Positions 10,256 to 23,117 are shown, counted from the first letter of the stretch. The stretch is 64,000 nucleotides of DNA from Mobula birostris (GCF_030028105.1 NC_092374.1:80734948-80798947), one strand, 5' to 3'. Made by a program: numbers and translations. The notes: a model not told the origin generated them from the letters alone.

Positions 10256-11688
10256 GAGCATGAAATGTTGTTTAGGGTCAAGATGGAGGGCTTACTTGTG
10301 AGATTTATGCCTATCTTGTCCTCCTCTTCCTTTACCTCATAAACTTGTCCAATTGGACCATGAGAGCATCTTTGTTATCTGCTTTATCTTTCCTTGTGGT
10401 ACCAAGTTACATATTCATAAAATTGGTGGGTAGGGAAGGTTTTTCTGAATCTCTGTGGTACTTCTCTGGTTTCAGATACGTACATGTATGGTTGCTCAGT
10501 TCACAATGTGTAACAGTTTGATTGCTTTAGTCTGCATGCAGTGTGACTGCAAACATCTTCTCTTGATTGCTCATGCATCCATGCTGTTAAAGAAAAATTA
10601 CGGCTCGCTTTTATCACAATTATTTTGTCTGGTTTTGCATTTTCCAGCATCTATAAAAGAAAGCTTGAAAGCCCGGACAACCAAATTGAAGAACAGCTTC
10701 TTGCCCCTGTGTTGAGAGACTCCTGAACCAGTCACCCCTCTCACTTCCCCTTCCTGGTGGGAATGCCACATTTTTGGACTCTTAATTCTACTGCTTTCTA
10801 TTATTCCATTACTGTCACTTCAGCGCTTCTTATTTGCCCTGTTTCAGACTGAACTACCATCTTCGCACCATTTTGTTGAATTTTTACAACCCTTGGAGAC
10901 ATACTCAATAAATCTATAGAATAATAATCATAACAGTAACTGCACCAACTTGGTCATTCAACAAATGTGCAAAAGACAACAACAAACTGTGCAAATACAA
11001 AAATAAAGGAATAATAATAATAAATAAATGTCAAGAAAATGAGATGAAGAGTCCTTGAAAGTCAGTCTGTAGGTTGTAGGAACATTTCAATGATGGGGCA
11101 AGTGAAGTTCAGTGTTTCAAGAGCCTGATGGTTGAGGGGTAGTAACTGTTCCTGAACCTGGTGGTGTGAGTCCTGAGGCTCCTGTACCACCTTCCTGATG
11201 GCAGCAGTGAGAAGAGAGCATGTTTTGTATGGAGGGGTCCCTGATGATGGATGCTGCTTTCCTGTGTCAGCATTTAATGTAGATCTGCTCTATGGTGGGG
11301 AAGGCTTTACCTGTGATGGATTGGGCTGTATCCACTTCCTATCGTAGGATTATTTCTACAAGAGGTTTGAGGTAATTTACTTTTTATTTTTTCCTACTTC
11401 TCGTCTAGTACTTGTGTACTTGTATATCTGTGCTCTTGTAATGCTACTGTGACACTGTAATTTCCTTTGGGATCAATAATGTATCTATCTGTCTATCATC
11501 TACATTTGCTTCATTGAACAAGGAATTTCATTAGTACTTTCTGGTGTGTAGGACAATAAACTAACGTGAAACCTTTATCTCTACTGTAATGTAGGTCTCT
11601 GAATGAAATATGAAAATAGAAGGGAGGATTTAAAATAAAATTATTTTGGGAAATTGGTATTACAGGCAAAAGCACCATTTCTTACCTA

Positions 11689-11755
11689 CAGTATACTGCA
11701 AAAGTCTTAGGCACATAAAAATAACTGAAGTGCCTAAGGCTTTTGCACAGTACTG
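11689..11755. mobile_element. Tiny palindromic Tc1/mariner-type MITE (copy A)
   Basis: TA|CAGTATACTGCAAAAGTCTTAGGCAC...GTGCCTAAGGCTTTTGCACAGTACTG|TA. Confidence 0.75.
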
Positions 11756-12167
11756 TAGTAATATTATGTATTGCACTGTACTGCTGCCATAGACAAAAAC
11801 ATATTTCATTACATATGTGAGTAATGATAAACCTGATTCTGATATGGGTCTCTGTTGAGGACTGAGAGTGGGAAGAGGGCAGGGAGAGGGGAATCATGGT
11901 TGGGAAAAAGGGAAGGGAGAGGGGAGGGAGCAGGAAACAACAGAGAGACATTCTGTAATGATCAATAAACCAATTATTTGGAATCAAAGGACCTTGCCTG
12001 GTGTCTCAGGGCTGGATGTGTCCGCGCCCACACTAACCCCCAACAGTGGCACTCCTTCTCTGCCACCTGTCCCGCACCGCTCCTGCATCTCTCCACACTC
12101 GCCATTACCAACATCCTTTGCTCCTGCTAGATTTACAAACTGCCTCACCGCTCCACATTGACAAATA

Positions 12168-12234
12168 CAGTACTGTGCAAAAATCTTAGGCACCCTAGCT
12201 ATATATGTGTGCCTAAGACTTTTGCACAGTACTG
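12168..12234. mobile_element. Tiny palindromic Tc1/mariner-type MITE (copy B)
   Basis: TA|CAGTACTGTGCAAAAATCTTAGGCAC...GTGCCTAAGACTTTTGCACAGTACTG|TA. Confidence 0.8.
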
Positions 12235-12839
12235 TAGTTTAGTTATCTTCCAGCAGTGGTAAGTCCTCCTAGATAAGGTATACCCACAGTTGGAGAGGGA
12301 GATCCAGGGATGAAAGGGGTCGGTGATATATTTCCAAATTGGGAAAAAGTAGGGCTTGGACGCCGTAGGTGCTGATCTTTCCCTGCACCTGCTTCCCTTG
12401 TCTATCATGGCATTGGGAGGTGTGGCCGGGGTTAGTAATTGCAATGCATTTTGTAGATGATCCACTGGAGGGAGTTAATACAAAACATAAAGCATTACAG
12501 CTGAAGAACAGACCCTTTGGCCCATGAAAATTTGCTGAAAATATTCAGGATAGTTGATGAGGTGTCAATTAACTATCCACTTAATCCTAGGTGATTTCAG
12601 ATTTCTTGAATGTTGTTGGCAGTGAGTATCCCATCACAATGGTGATCAGAATGATTTTAGTGGCTTTGAATGTGAAGTGTAGGTGGTTTAATTCTCTCTT
12701 ATTTGTCACTGACTACCACCTGGCATGAATATGACCTGTCACTTAGCAACCTCCATCCCTCAATGTCGACAATTGGTGTACTATTGTTAGGTGTACCAAG
12801 GTATGGTGAGAAGTTTTTGTTTGCGTGCCATTTATACAG

Positions 12840-13410
12840 AACATTCCTCTCAGGCCTCTGGTGGAGATTGACCACGGATACCGCATCCAAGCTGAGTATG
12901 TGTTGAGCAAGCCAGGCCAGTACGATATGGAGACAAAGCTGTTGCCCATGTAGCTAGCTCCCCCTCTCCACGCATCTGATCAATCCAAAGGAACGGCAGA
13001 GACAAGACAGTTTGGCACCAGCAGTGTTGTAGGTGTTGCTGTTCAGTGTTGAACTCAGTGTAGGACTGCTTCAGGGATTCCAGCTCTGGATTTTTCCCTT
13101 GGGGATTACTCCTGAAAACTTCCCCATGAGTGGAAGGCTGTGAAGGTTTGAAATCTGAGTTTTCCTTCTCCTAGATGAGCTGCCAACCACGGCTGACAAG
13201 CCCCATCTGCCTGAAGCGACTGGTTTTAAGGCGCCAATAACCCGCCTTTGCCCCTTCTCCTACCAGAAGAAATGGTTCCACTGGGCTTGGTAGTTAAGCC
13301 ACGCGTGAAGGCCAGGAGCTGGACTTGGTTATCAGAGGCTGTTAGAGGCATACGCCATTGAGAGCATTTAATAGGTAGTGGGAGCTTATCCACACTACCA
13401 CTCCCAGCTA
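12840..13410 (-). mobile_element. Non-autonomous interspersed repeat, probably RTE-derived. Homologous to 28225-28555 plus 30100-30295 and to 33130-33460
   Basis: Long shared blocks between copies (GGAACGGCAGAGAC...TTTGGCACCAGC; CTAGATGAGCTGCCAACCACGGCTG; TTTAATAGGTAGTGGGAGCTT); family assignment is tentative. Confidence 0.5.
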
Positions 13411-13617
13411 TACAGATCATCCATATGTAAGTATATTTTCCATACGTAAGTAGAAAAATATGGAATATGGCGTTAAGAGTTATAGAAAAAGTGCAGTGAA
13501 AGTAGGCAAATAGTATACAAGGACAACAGCAAGATAGATTATGAAATCAACAATTCATCCTTAATGTATAAGGTCCATTCAAGAATCTGATTACAGTGGG
13601 GTAAAAGTTTGGTCTAT

Positions 13618-14360
13618 CCAGGTGAAGGGTCTCAACCCAAAACATCGTCTGTCCTGAAATATCAACTGTTTATTCATTTCCATAGATGCTGCCTGACCTG
13701 CTGAATTCCTCCAGCATTTTGTGTGTCTGTTGGAGTCATCTACTGTATCCAGTGCTCCCGGTGTGGCCTCCAGTATATCGGTGAGACTCAACGTAAATTG
13801 GGAGACTGCTTCATTGAGCACTTACACTCCGTCCATCATAAAAAGTGGGATCTCCCAGTGGCCACACATTTTAATTCCACTTTCCATTCTGACATGTCAA
13901 TTTCTACCCCCCCCTTCACCATTTCCCATTCCCTTTTCCCTCTCATCTTATCTCCTTGCCTGCCCATCACCTCCTTCTGGTGCTCCTCCCCCTTTTCTTT
14001 CATGGCCTTCTGTTCTCTCCTATTAGGGTGCTCACTATCTCTTTCACCAGTCAACTGGCCAGCTTTTTACTTCACCCCTCCCCATTTTACCTATTGCCTT
14101 GTGTTTCTTCCTCCCCTCCCCTCACTTTCTAACTCTGACTCCTCATATTTTTTTCTTTGGTCCTGATGAAGGGTCTCAGCCTGAAACGTCGACTGTTCTT
14201 TATTCCATAGATGCTGCCTGGCCTGCTGAGTTCCTCCAGCGTTTTGCATGTGTTGCTTGGATTTCCAGCATCTGCAGAATCTCTTGTGTTTATGACCGCC
14301 TGTCTATTTTCCTCCATGAATGCTGCCCGAGCCACTGAGTTCCTCCAGCATTGTGTGTTA
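13618..14360 (+). mobile_element. Cluster of Penelope-like element fragments (GIY-YIG remnant plus 3' ends)
   Basis: ORF 13723 reads SVGVIYCIQCSRCGLQYIGETQRKLGDCFIEHL (GIY-YIG). Repeated GATGCTGCC...GAGTTCCTCCAGC terminal motif. Confidence 0.85.
14158..14195 (+). ncRNA. Minimal hammerhead ribozyme motif, sense to CYB5D1 intron 2
   Basis: TGGTC-CTGATGA-AGGGTCTCAGCCT-GAAAC-GTC-GACTG: core intact, stem I with G-U wobbles. Confidence 0.65.
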
Positions 14361-16823
14361 CTGTCTAGCATCTGGGTTTGGCTCCATGCATATTAGCAGC
14401 TGCTTAGTTTGCTAAGGAACTGAATCGAAATTTCCCCATTTCTGATTTTGTGTTGGATGGGCATTTGTTAATTAAGTGATGGTTGGCCCAAGAACACAGC
14501 CTCAGGGTGGAAATATTTGACAACAACCACCTTCCTCTGTATAAAGTGTGACTCCAATGACTGGAGTAAATGCACTGGATACCCGTAATCCTCCGCTCTT
14601 CCCGGTTTCCTTGATGATACTCTCTCAAATGACGTCAAGGACAGTCACCCTCAGCTTGTCGAAGAAAGCACAGCAACGCTTCTACTTCCGTAGGAGTTTG
14701 CGGAGATTCAGCGTGGCATCTGGAACTTTGACAAACTTCTACAGATGTGTAGTGGAGGGTGTATTGCCTGGCTGGATCCCAGCCTGGTATGGAAACACCA
14801 GTGCCTTTGAATGGAAAATCCTAGTGAATTGAAAAGCTAGTGGATTTGGCCCAGTACATCACAGGTAAAGTCCTCACAACCATTAAATACATCTGCTTGA
14901 AATACTGTCGTAGGAAAGCAGCATCCGCCATCAGGGACCCCCACCACCCAGGCCATGCTTTCTTCTCCTTTCTGTAAAAGGATTCGCACCACCAGGTTCA
15001 AGAACAGTTATTACCCCTCAACCATCAGGCTCTTGAATAAAAGGGGATAACTACACTCACTTGCCCCATCATTGGGATGTTTTCCACAACCAATATTCTC
15101 ACCTTTATCTCATTATTTATTAGGAGTTTCATTAGGGGTTTGAGGAGATCTGGTATGTCAAGGAGCGGTGCCTCAAGTAGGTGACATCTATCAGTAAAGG
15201 ACCCCCACCACCCAGAACATGCCCTCTTCTCATTGTTACCATCAGGAGGGAGGTACAGGAGCCTGAAGGCTCACACCCAGTGATTGTTTACTCCCCTCCG
15301 CCATATGGTTCCTAAATGGACATCGAACACTACCTCATTTTTTGTAAAATATATATTATTTTTTGTACTATATTTAATATATTTTATATACATCTGTATA
15401 CTTACTGTAATTTATTTTCTTTCTATATTAGAACATAAAATAGTACAGCACAGTACAGGCCCTTTGGCCCATAATGTTGTGCTGACCCTTAAACCCTGCC
15501 TCCCATATAACCCCCCCCCCACCCTGAATTCCTCCATATACCTGTCTAGTAGTCTCTTAAACTTCACTAGTGTATCTGCCTCCACCACTGACTCAGGCAA
15601 TGCATTCCATGCACCAACCACTCTGAGTAAAAAAACTTCCTCTAATATCCCCCTTGAACTTCCCACCCCTTGCCTTAAAGCCATGTCCTCTTGTACTGAG
15701 CAGTGGTGCCCTGGGGAAGAGGCGCTGGCTAGCCACTATCTATTCCTCTTATTATCTTGTATATCTCTATCATGTCTCCTCTCATCCTCCTCCTCTCCAA
15801 AGAGTAAAGCCCAAATATTATCATATATTGCATTGAACTGCTGCTGTTAAGTTAACAAATTTCACGACACATAGCAGTATTAATAAACCTGAATTCTGAT
15901 TCTAATTTTGTTGCCTCTGCACTCTGGTTAATCTTTCATTGATCCTGTTATAGTTACTATTCTATAGATTTACTGAGTATGCCCAGAGGAAAATGAATCT
16001 CAGGGTTGTATATGGTAACCTATGTGTACTTTGATAATAAAATTTACTTTGAACTCTATAATTCTGTTCTTTAGTGTGTGTTCAAGCTCAGGTCTGGAAC
16101 AGAATGATGCTGACAATATGCAAGCTGAACATCTGTGGTTAGTTATTGCCGAGTAAGTGCTGCTTGAAGACACTGTTAACAACACCATTCATCACTTTGC
16201 TGAAGGTTTAGAGAAAACTTATTGAGTGGTAATTAGATGGATGGGTTTGTCCAGCTTTTGCCATACCTGGGTGATTTTTTTTACAATGTTGGGTAGATGG
16301 CAGTGTTGTAGCTGTGTTGCTGCTAGTTGTGGATCACTGATCTTCAGTATGACAGTGGCACGTTGCCTGGTCCCGCCTGCATTTATTGCCCTCAGTTGTG
16401 TGTCGTGTCACGTGATGTGAATCAAATTGGCATTAGTGACATTGGCGACCTTGAAAATAAGCCAAGAAACTTCAAATTTCAACTAATAATAGAAGTCAGT
16501 AATTGATATAAAAGATTCAAAGTACATTTATTATCGAAGTGTGTATACAGAATACCACTCTGAGATTTGTCCTCCCACAGGCAGCCATGAAACAAAGAAA
16601 CACCATGGAACCTGTTCAAGAAAACATCAGACACCCAATGCGATAAAAAATGAACACATTCAACAAATGGCAAAAAGCGAGTGAATAACACACAGAATAC
16701 AAAACCAGGAGTCCAGTAGTATTCAGTTTAGTTCAGTTCAGTGCCCAGCTACTAGCCCACTGTAGGGCGCAGGTCCATTCTTCACTGAAGCGCCCCAGAC
16801 CACATCAATCACCACAATCAAAC

Positions 16824-19800
16824 ATAGAAAATAGGTGCAGGAGTAGGCCATTCGGCCCTTCGAGCCTGCACCGCCATTTATTATGATCATGGCTGATCAT
16901 CCAACTCAGAACCCTGCACCAGCCTTCCCTCCATACCCTCTGATCCCCCTAGCCACAAGGGCCATATCTAACTCCCTCTTAAATATAGCCAATGAACTGG
17001 CCTCAACTGTTTCCTGAGGCAGAGAATTCCACAGATTCACCACTCTCTGTGTGAAGAAGTTTTTCCTAATCTCAGTCCTAAAAGGCTCCGCCTTTATCCT
17101 CAAACTGTGGCCCCTCATTCTTGACTTCCCCAACATCAGGAACAATCTTCCTGCATCTAGCCTGTCCAATCCCTTTAGGATTTTATACGTTTCAATCAGA
17201 TCCCCCCTCAATCTTCTAAATTCCAAGGAGTACAAGCCTAGTTCATCCAGTCTTTCATCATATGAAAGTCCTGCCATCCCAAGAATCAATCTGGTGAACC
17301 TTCTCTGTACTTCCTCTATGGCAAGGATGTCTTTCCTCAGATTAGGGGACCAAAACTGCACACAATACTCCAGGTGTGGTCTCACCAAGGCCTTGTACAA
17401 CTGCAGTAGTACCTCCCTGCTCCTGTACTCGAATCCTCTTGCTATAAATGCCAGCATACCATTCGCCTTTTTCACTGCCTGCTGTACCTGCATGCCCACT
17501 TTCAATGACTGGTGTATAATGAAACCCAGGTCTCGTTGCACCTCCCCTTTTCCTAATCGGCCACCATTCAGATAATAATCTGTTTTCCTATTTTTGCCAC
17601 CAAAGTGGATAACTTCACATTTATCCACATTAAATTGCATCTGCCATGAATTTGCCCACTCACCCAACCTATCCAAGTCACCCTGCATCCTCTTAGCATC
17701 CTCCTCACAGCTAACACTGCCGCCCAGCTTCATGTCATCCGCAAACTTGGAGATGCTGCATTTAATTCCCTCATCCAAGTCATTAATATATATTGTAAAC
17801 AACTGGGGTCCCAGCACTGAGCCTTGCGGTACCCCACTAGTCACTGCCTGCCATTCTGAAAAGGTCCCATTTATTCCTACTCTTTGCTTCCTGTCTGCTA
17901 ACCAATTCTCTATCCACATCAATACCTTACCCCCAATACCGTGTGCTTTAAGTTTGCACACTAATCTCCTGTGTGGGACCTTGTCAAAAGCCTTTTGAAA
18001 ATCCAAATATACCACATCCACTGGTTCTCCCCTATCCACTCTACTAGTTACATCCTCAAAAAATTCTATGAGATTCGTCAGACATGATTTTCCTTTCACA
18101 AATCCATGCTGACTTTGTCCGATGATTTCACTGCTTTCCAAATGTGCTGTTATCACATCTTTGATAACTGACTCCAGCAGTTTCCCCACCACCGATGTTA
18201 GGCTAACCGGTCTATAATTCCCTGGTTTCTCTCTCCCTCCTTTTTTAAAAAGTGGGGTTACATTAGCCACCCTCCAATCCTCAGGAACTAGTCCAGAATC
18301 TAACGAGTTTTGAAAAATTATCACTAATGCATCCACTATTTCTTGGGCTACTTCCTTAAGCACTCTGGGATGCAGACCATCTGGCCCTGGGGATTTATCT
18401 GCCTTTAATCCCTTCAATTTACCTAACACCACTTCCCTACTAACATGTATTTCGCTCAGTTCCTCCATCTCACTGGATCCTCTGTCCCCTAATATTTCTG
18501 GAAGATTATTTATGTCCTCCTTAGTGAAGACAGAACCAAAGTAATTATTCAATTGGTCTGCCATGTCCTTGCTCCCCATAATCAATTCACCTGTTTCTGT
18601 CTGTAGGGGACCTACATTTGTCTTTACCAGTCTTTTCCTTTTTACATATCTATAAAAGCTTTTACAGTCAGTTTTTATGTTCCCTGCCAGTTTTCTCTCA
18701 TAATCTTTTTCCCCCTTCCTAATTAAGCCTTTTGTCCTCCTCTGCTGAACTCTGAATTTCTCCCAGTCTTCAGGTGAGCCACTTTTTCTGGCTAATTTGT
18801 ATGCTTCTTCTTTGGAATTGATACTATCCCTAATTTCTCTTGTCAGTCACGGGTGCACTACCTTCCTTGATTTATTCTTTTGCCAAACTGGGATGAACAA
18901 TTGTTGTAGTTCATCCATGCAATCTTTAAGTGCTTGCCATTGCATATCCACCGTCAATCCTTTAAGTGTCATTTGCCAGTCTATCTTAGCTAATTCACGT
19001 CTCATACCTTCAAAGTTACCCCTCTTTAAGTTCAGAACCTTTGTTTCTGAATTAACTATGTCACTCTCCATCTTAATGAAGAATTCCACCATATTATGGT
19101 CACTCTTACCCAAGGGGCCTCTCACGACAAGATTGCTAATTAACCCTTCCTCATTGCTCAAAACCCAGTCCAGAATAGCCTGCTCTCTAGTCGGTTCCTC
19201 AACATGTTGGTTCAAAAAACCATCCCACATACAGTCCAAGAAATCCTCTTCCTCAGCACCTTTACCAATTTGGTTCACCCAATCTACATGTAGATTGAAG
19301 TCACCCATTATAACTGCTGTTCCTTTATTGCACACATTTCTAATTTCCTGTTTAATACCATCCCTGACCTCACTACTACTGTTAGGAGGCCTGTACACAA
19401 CTCCCACCAGCGTTTTCTGCCCCTTAGTGTTATGCAGCTCTACTGATATCGATTCCACATCTTCCCAGCTTAGGTCCTTCCTTTCTATTGCGTTAATCTC
19501 TTCTTTAACCAGCAACGCCACCCCACCTCCTTTTCTTTCATGTCTATCCCTCCTGAATATTGAATATCCCTGAACGTTGAGCTCCCATCCTTGGTCACCC
19601 TGGAGCCATGTCTCTGTGATCCTAACTATATCATATTCATTAATAACAATCTGCACTTTCAATTCATCCACCTTGTTACGAATGCTCCTTGCATTGACAC
19701 ACAAAGCCTTCAGGCGCTCTTTTACAACTCTCTTAGCCCTTATACAATTATGTTGAAAAGTGGCCCTTTTTGATGCTTGCCCTGGATTTGTCGGCCTGCC

Positions 19801-19973
19801 ACTTTTACTTTTCTCCTTACTACTTTTTGCTTCTACCCTCACTTTACACCCCTCTGTCTCTCTGCACTGGTTCCCATCCCCCTGTTGTGAACTAACCTCC
19901 TCTCACCTAGCCTCTTTAATTTGATTCCCACCCCCCAACCATTCTAGTTTAAAGTCACCTCAGTAGCCCTCGC
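16824..19973 (-). mobile_element. Young 5'-truncated CR1 LINE, antisense in CYB5D1 intron 2
   Basis: Last ORF1 codons (ARATEVTLN*), full ORF2, 3'UTR ending CCTATTTTCTATG; possible TCAAAC TSD (16818-16823 / 19974-19979). Confidence 0.95.
16906..19842 (-). pseudogene. CR1 ORF2 (APE endonuclease plus reverse transcriptase), ~978 codons with a single internal stop
   Basis: Endonuclease motifs ITETWL, VYRPP, MGDFN, SDH; RT motifs PGPDG, NYRPVSL, LDFQKAFD, GVPQGSVLGP, FADD. ORFs 18847..19842 and 16906..18585 are in the same frame, separated only by TGA at 18849-18847 (HP*LT where HPWLT is expected); the 87 intervening codons are open. Confidence 0.93.
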
Positions 19974-20965
19974 TCAAACCGCTCAAAAACAGCAAAAAAT
20001 GAGAGTAACCAGAATCCAGGAGCACATGCAACAGGAAGCTCAAAGTTCATGCAACACTCCAACAACACAAGTCCTCAGCTTTGCCAATCAATCCAGGCAA
20101 GGTGGATCCCAAGGCTTCTGCACTTTCCTCCGACAGCAGCTAGCGAGAGGGAGAGGAAGACCGGGCAAACCTGAGCGGACGGCGTCGAACACCCGCCTGT
20201 CCTCCGCTCTCATCCTCATCGACTTCAGCCTTGCTTCACACCTCAATCGGAGGGAATCAATGGAGTCAATCATGGGCCCATGCCCTTGATGCCTCGATTG
20301 GAGGGAAGCAATCATGGACTTGAGCTCGTCTCCAGGGTTCCAGGCCTCCAAGCCACACACTCTGCACATCCATGGCCTGTACACACGGCCATGTGAAATG
20401 ATGGTACATCAATTGCTCTGCCCAACAGCATAAGAAATTGCACAGAGTTGTGGACACAGCCCAGTTCATCATGAAAATCAGCCTCCATTCCATAAGATTG
20501 AGGGGAGATTTGTTAGCGGTATGAGGGGTGAATGCAAGCAGGCTTTTCCACTGAGGTTGGGTGGGAGTACTACTAGAGGTCATGAGTTAAGGGTGAAAGG
20601 TGATCTCCCAATCTACCTTGCCATGGCCCATGGACTTTACTTGAATGTCTGCACTGCACTTTCTCTGTAACTGTAACTCTCTATTCTGCTTTCCTTTTGC
20701 TTCCTCATTTACTTGTAGATATTGAAATAATCTGTCTGGATGCCACGCAAACCAAAGCTTTGACTATATTTTGGTATATATGACAGAAATAAACCATTGC
20801 CAAAAATGTCAAAAGGTCCATGAGCCAACTGAGATACTACACAGTGTTGGGAGAGGTAGGTCTTCTTACTCAAGTTTAACTGTTGGTGCAAAGCAGTCAC
20901 AGTGGGGCAAATCCCAGAGACACCACCTTAGTCGAAGTGCAAATAATTACATATTGTAAATGAGA

Positions 20966-21190
20966 AACACGAGAAAGTCTGCAGGTGCTGGAAATCTTGA
21001 GCAACACAGACAAAATGCTGGAGGAACTCAGCAGGTCAGGCAGCATCTATGGAAGTCAATGTTTCAGGCCGACACCCTTCTGTAGGACATCCTGGTTAAG
21101 GGCCTCAACCCAAAATGGTGACTGTTTATTCTTTTCCATAGATTCTGCCTGACCTGCTAAGTTCCTCCAGCATTTTGTGTTTGTTACTTT
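20966..21190. mobile_element. Mini palindromic PLE-derived insertion (no coding sequence)
   Basis: Two inverted PLE terminal segments flanked by ATATTGTAAATGAGA (20951-20965) / ATATTATAAGTGAGA (21191-21205). Confidence 0.75.
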
Positions 21191-22379
21191 ATATTATAAG
21201 TGAGATTTGGTTTGTATTCTCTCTAATTGAGCTGTTGAAGATGATTAAAAGGTGTAATTGTGTAGAGAGCAAGAAAGAGAAAAGGAGACCTCTGGAAGCT
21301 GTCTAGAATAAGGACAACCTAGAATCAAAGTTCAGCCTGTAACTAACCTTTGCAATTTGGCCTGGCGCTTAAATTGACGAACCCTTGGGTCTTTCCTCGC
21401 TCTCAGGCCCGACCTCAATTCTGCCACATCAAATCATCTCCAATTCTGTTTCAGCAGTGGCCAAACATTCAGAAATAACTAAAAATGGCCTAAAAATCAG
21501 AACCAGGGTTCTGGGAGGCACCCATTCACACCCAGAATAGTGGGTGCCTGTCCCCAGAAAGCCATCAAGTCTTGGGTTGATATAAAATGATGGTCAGATT
21601 TTTGTTGGGCAAAGTGATGAAATGTTATGGAACTGCTAAAGGGAAAGGGTGATCCAGAAGAGTGACCAAATGGTCTCAAGAGGCCAAAAGATCTCCTCTT
21701 CCTTTGACCGCCTTGAATCCTGTTCACCATTTCTGCTCAATCAGCCATTCATTTTTGAACATAGAACAATTCTGCACATGACATGCCCTTTGGCCCACAA
21801 TGTCTGTGCCAACCATGATGGCAATTTAATCTAATACTTTCTGTCTGCACATGCTCCATATCCCTCCATTCCCTGTATAATCAAATATATATCTAAATGC
21901 CTTTTAAATATTGCTATAGCATCTGCTCCCACCACTTCTCGTGGTTTGCCCTGCAAGCCTCTTTTAACTTCCCTCCTCTCATCTTAAACCTATGACCTTC
22001 AGTATTTGATAGTTCCATCCTGGGATAAAGATTCTGATACACTTTTGCCAGGTCTCTCCACAGCTCGCAAATCTGACAAACCTCTCCATGGAGGTGAGGA
22101 GGTGAACTAAAAATACTTAAGTTTTTTTTTTCTCATTTTTCCCCTTGCTAACTAACCTTGCAATATACAAGAAGAGGTGAGAGGGTTGCATTTGTGGAGC
22201 CCTTCTCCTCCTGATCCTCGCCCCTCCGACTTTCACTCTGCTTCTGGGACAGATGGGGTGGCGAGACCTTGCATTGTGAAGATTACTGGGGGAATTTAAT
22301 GAAGTAGATAAGTCTGAAAGTCTGTGGGGAACTGGCACTGATACTGGGTTGGGCAGATTAGGCACGAAACAGTTAGCAT

Positions 22380-22760
22380 ACGATGAGTGTTTGATGACAC
22401 TCGGCCAGTACCTGATTGAGTTCGGGAGGATGAAAGAGGGATCTCAGTGAAACCTACCAGATACTGAAAGGCCTGGGTAGAGTGGACATGGAGAGGATGT
22501 TCTCATCAATGGGACAATCTAGGATCCGAGGGCACAGTCCCTGAATAAAGAGACATCCCTTTAGAACTGAGATGAGGTGGATTTTCTTTAGCCGGGGGTG
22601 GTGAATCTTTGGAATTTTTTGCCACAGACAGCTGTGGAGGTCATGTCATTGGGTGTACTTAAGGCAAAGAATGGGGTTGGGGAAAACATCAGCCATGATT
22701 GATTGGTGGAGCAGACTCAATAGGCCAAATGGTCTAATTCTGCTTCTATATCTTATGGAA
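22380..22760 (+). mobile_element. CR1 3' fragment. Similar fragments at ~15420-15810(-), 26100-26700(-), 26715-27170(+), 30330-30570(+), 48965-49610(-) and 53120-53810(+)
   Basis: Degenerate RT C-terminus (RGDL.ETY.ILKGL.R...RGHS...F..VVNLWN) and CR1 3'UTR. Confidence 0.8.
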
Positions 22761-22898
22761 TGGTGGGACAGGCTCAAGGAGCTGCTCCTGTTTTCCTGTG
22801 TTTCCCCTGTTCTTAATCCTTAACCCAAGAGAGATATATTGTATCTAGACGCTTGGGACTGAAGCAGCCGAGCATTTACCTCTTCACTTCCAACGCAG

Positions 22899-23117
22899 GT
22901 CCGCATTGAGATCGACCAGCTCACCAACTGTCAGAAGTACCACACCCCTCATGGCCGCTTCATCCACATCCCCCCACCAATGCCGCAGAGCAACTGGTTT
23001 AACGATTTCGGGACGCCCTGGTGGAAAGATCCAAAGTACGAGGTCGGAATTTTAAGTGAGAAAACAAGATACATCCGCATCATCAACACTCTCACAGCCC
23101 AGGAACAAGTGCTTGAG
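22899..23117 (+). CDS. CYB5D1: CYB5D1 exon 3
   Basis: GCAG| acceptor; encodes [73 protein letters not shown] (73 codons); |GTACAG donor. Absent from the ORF track. Confidence 0.95.

Noticed and set aside
17051-19573. Long plus-strand ORFs (174, 134 and 258 aa)
   Set aside because: Antisense shadows of CR1 ORF2.
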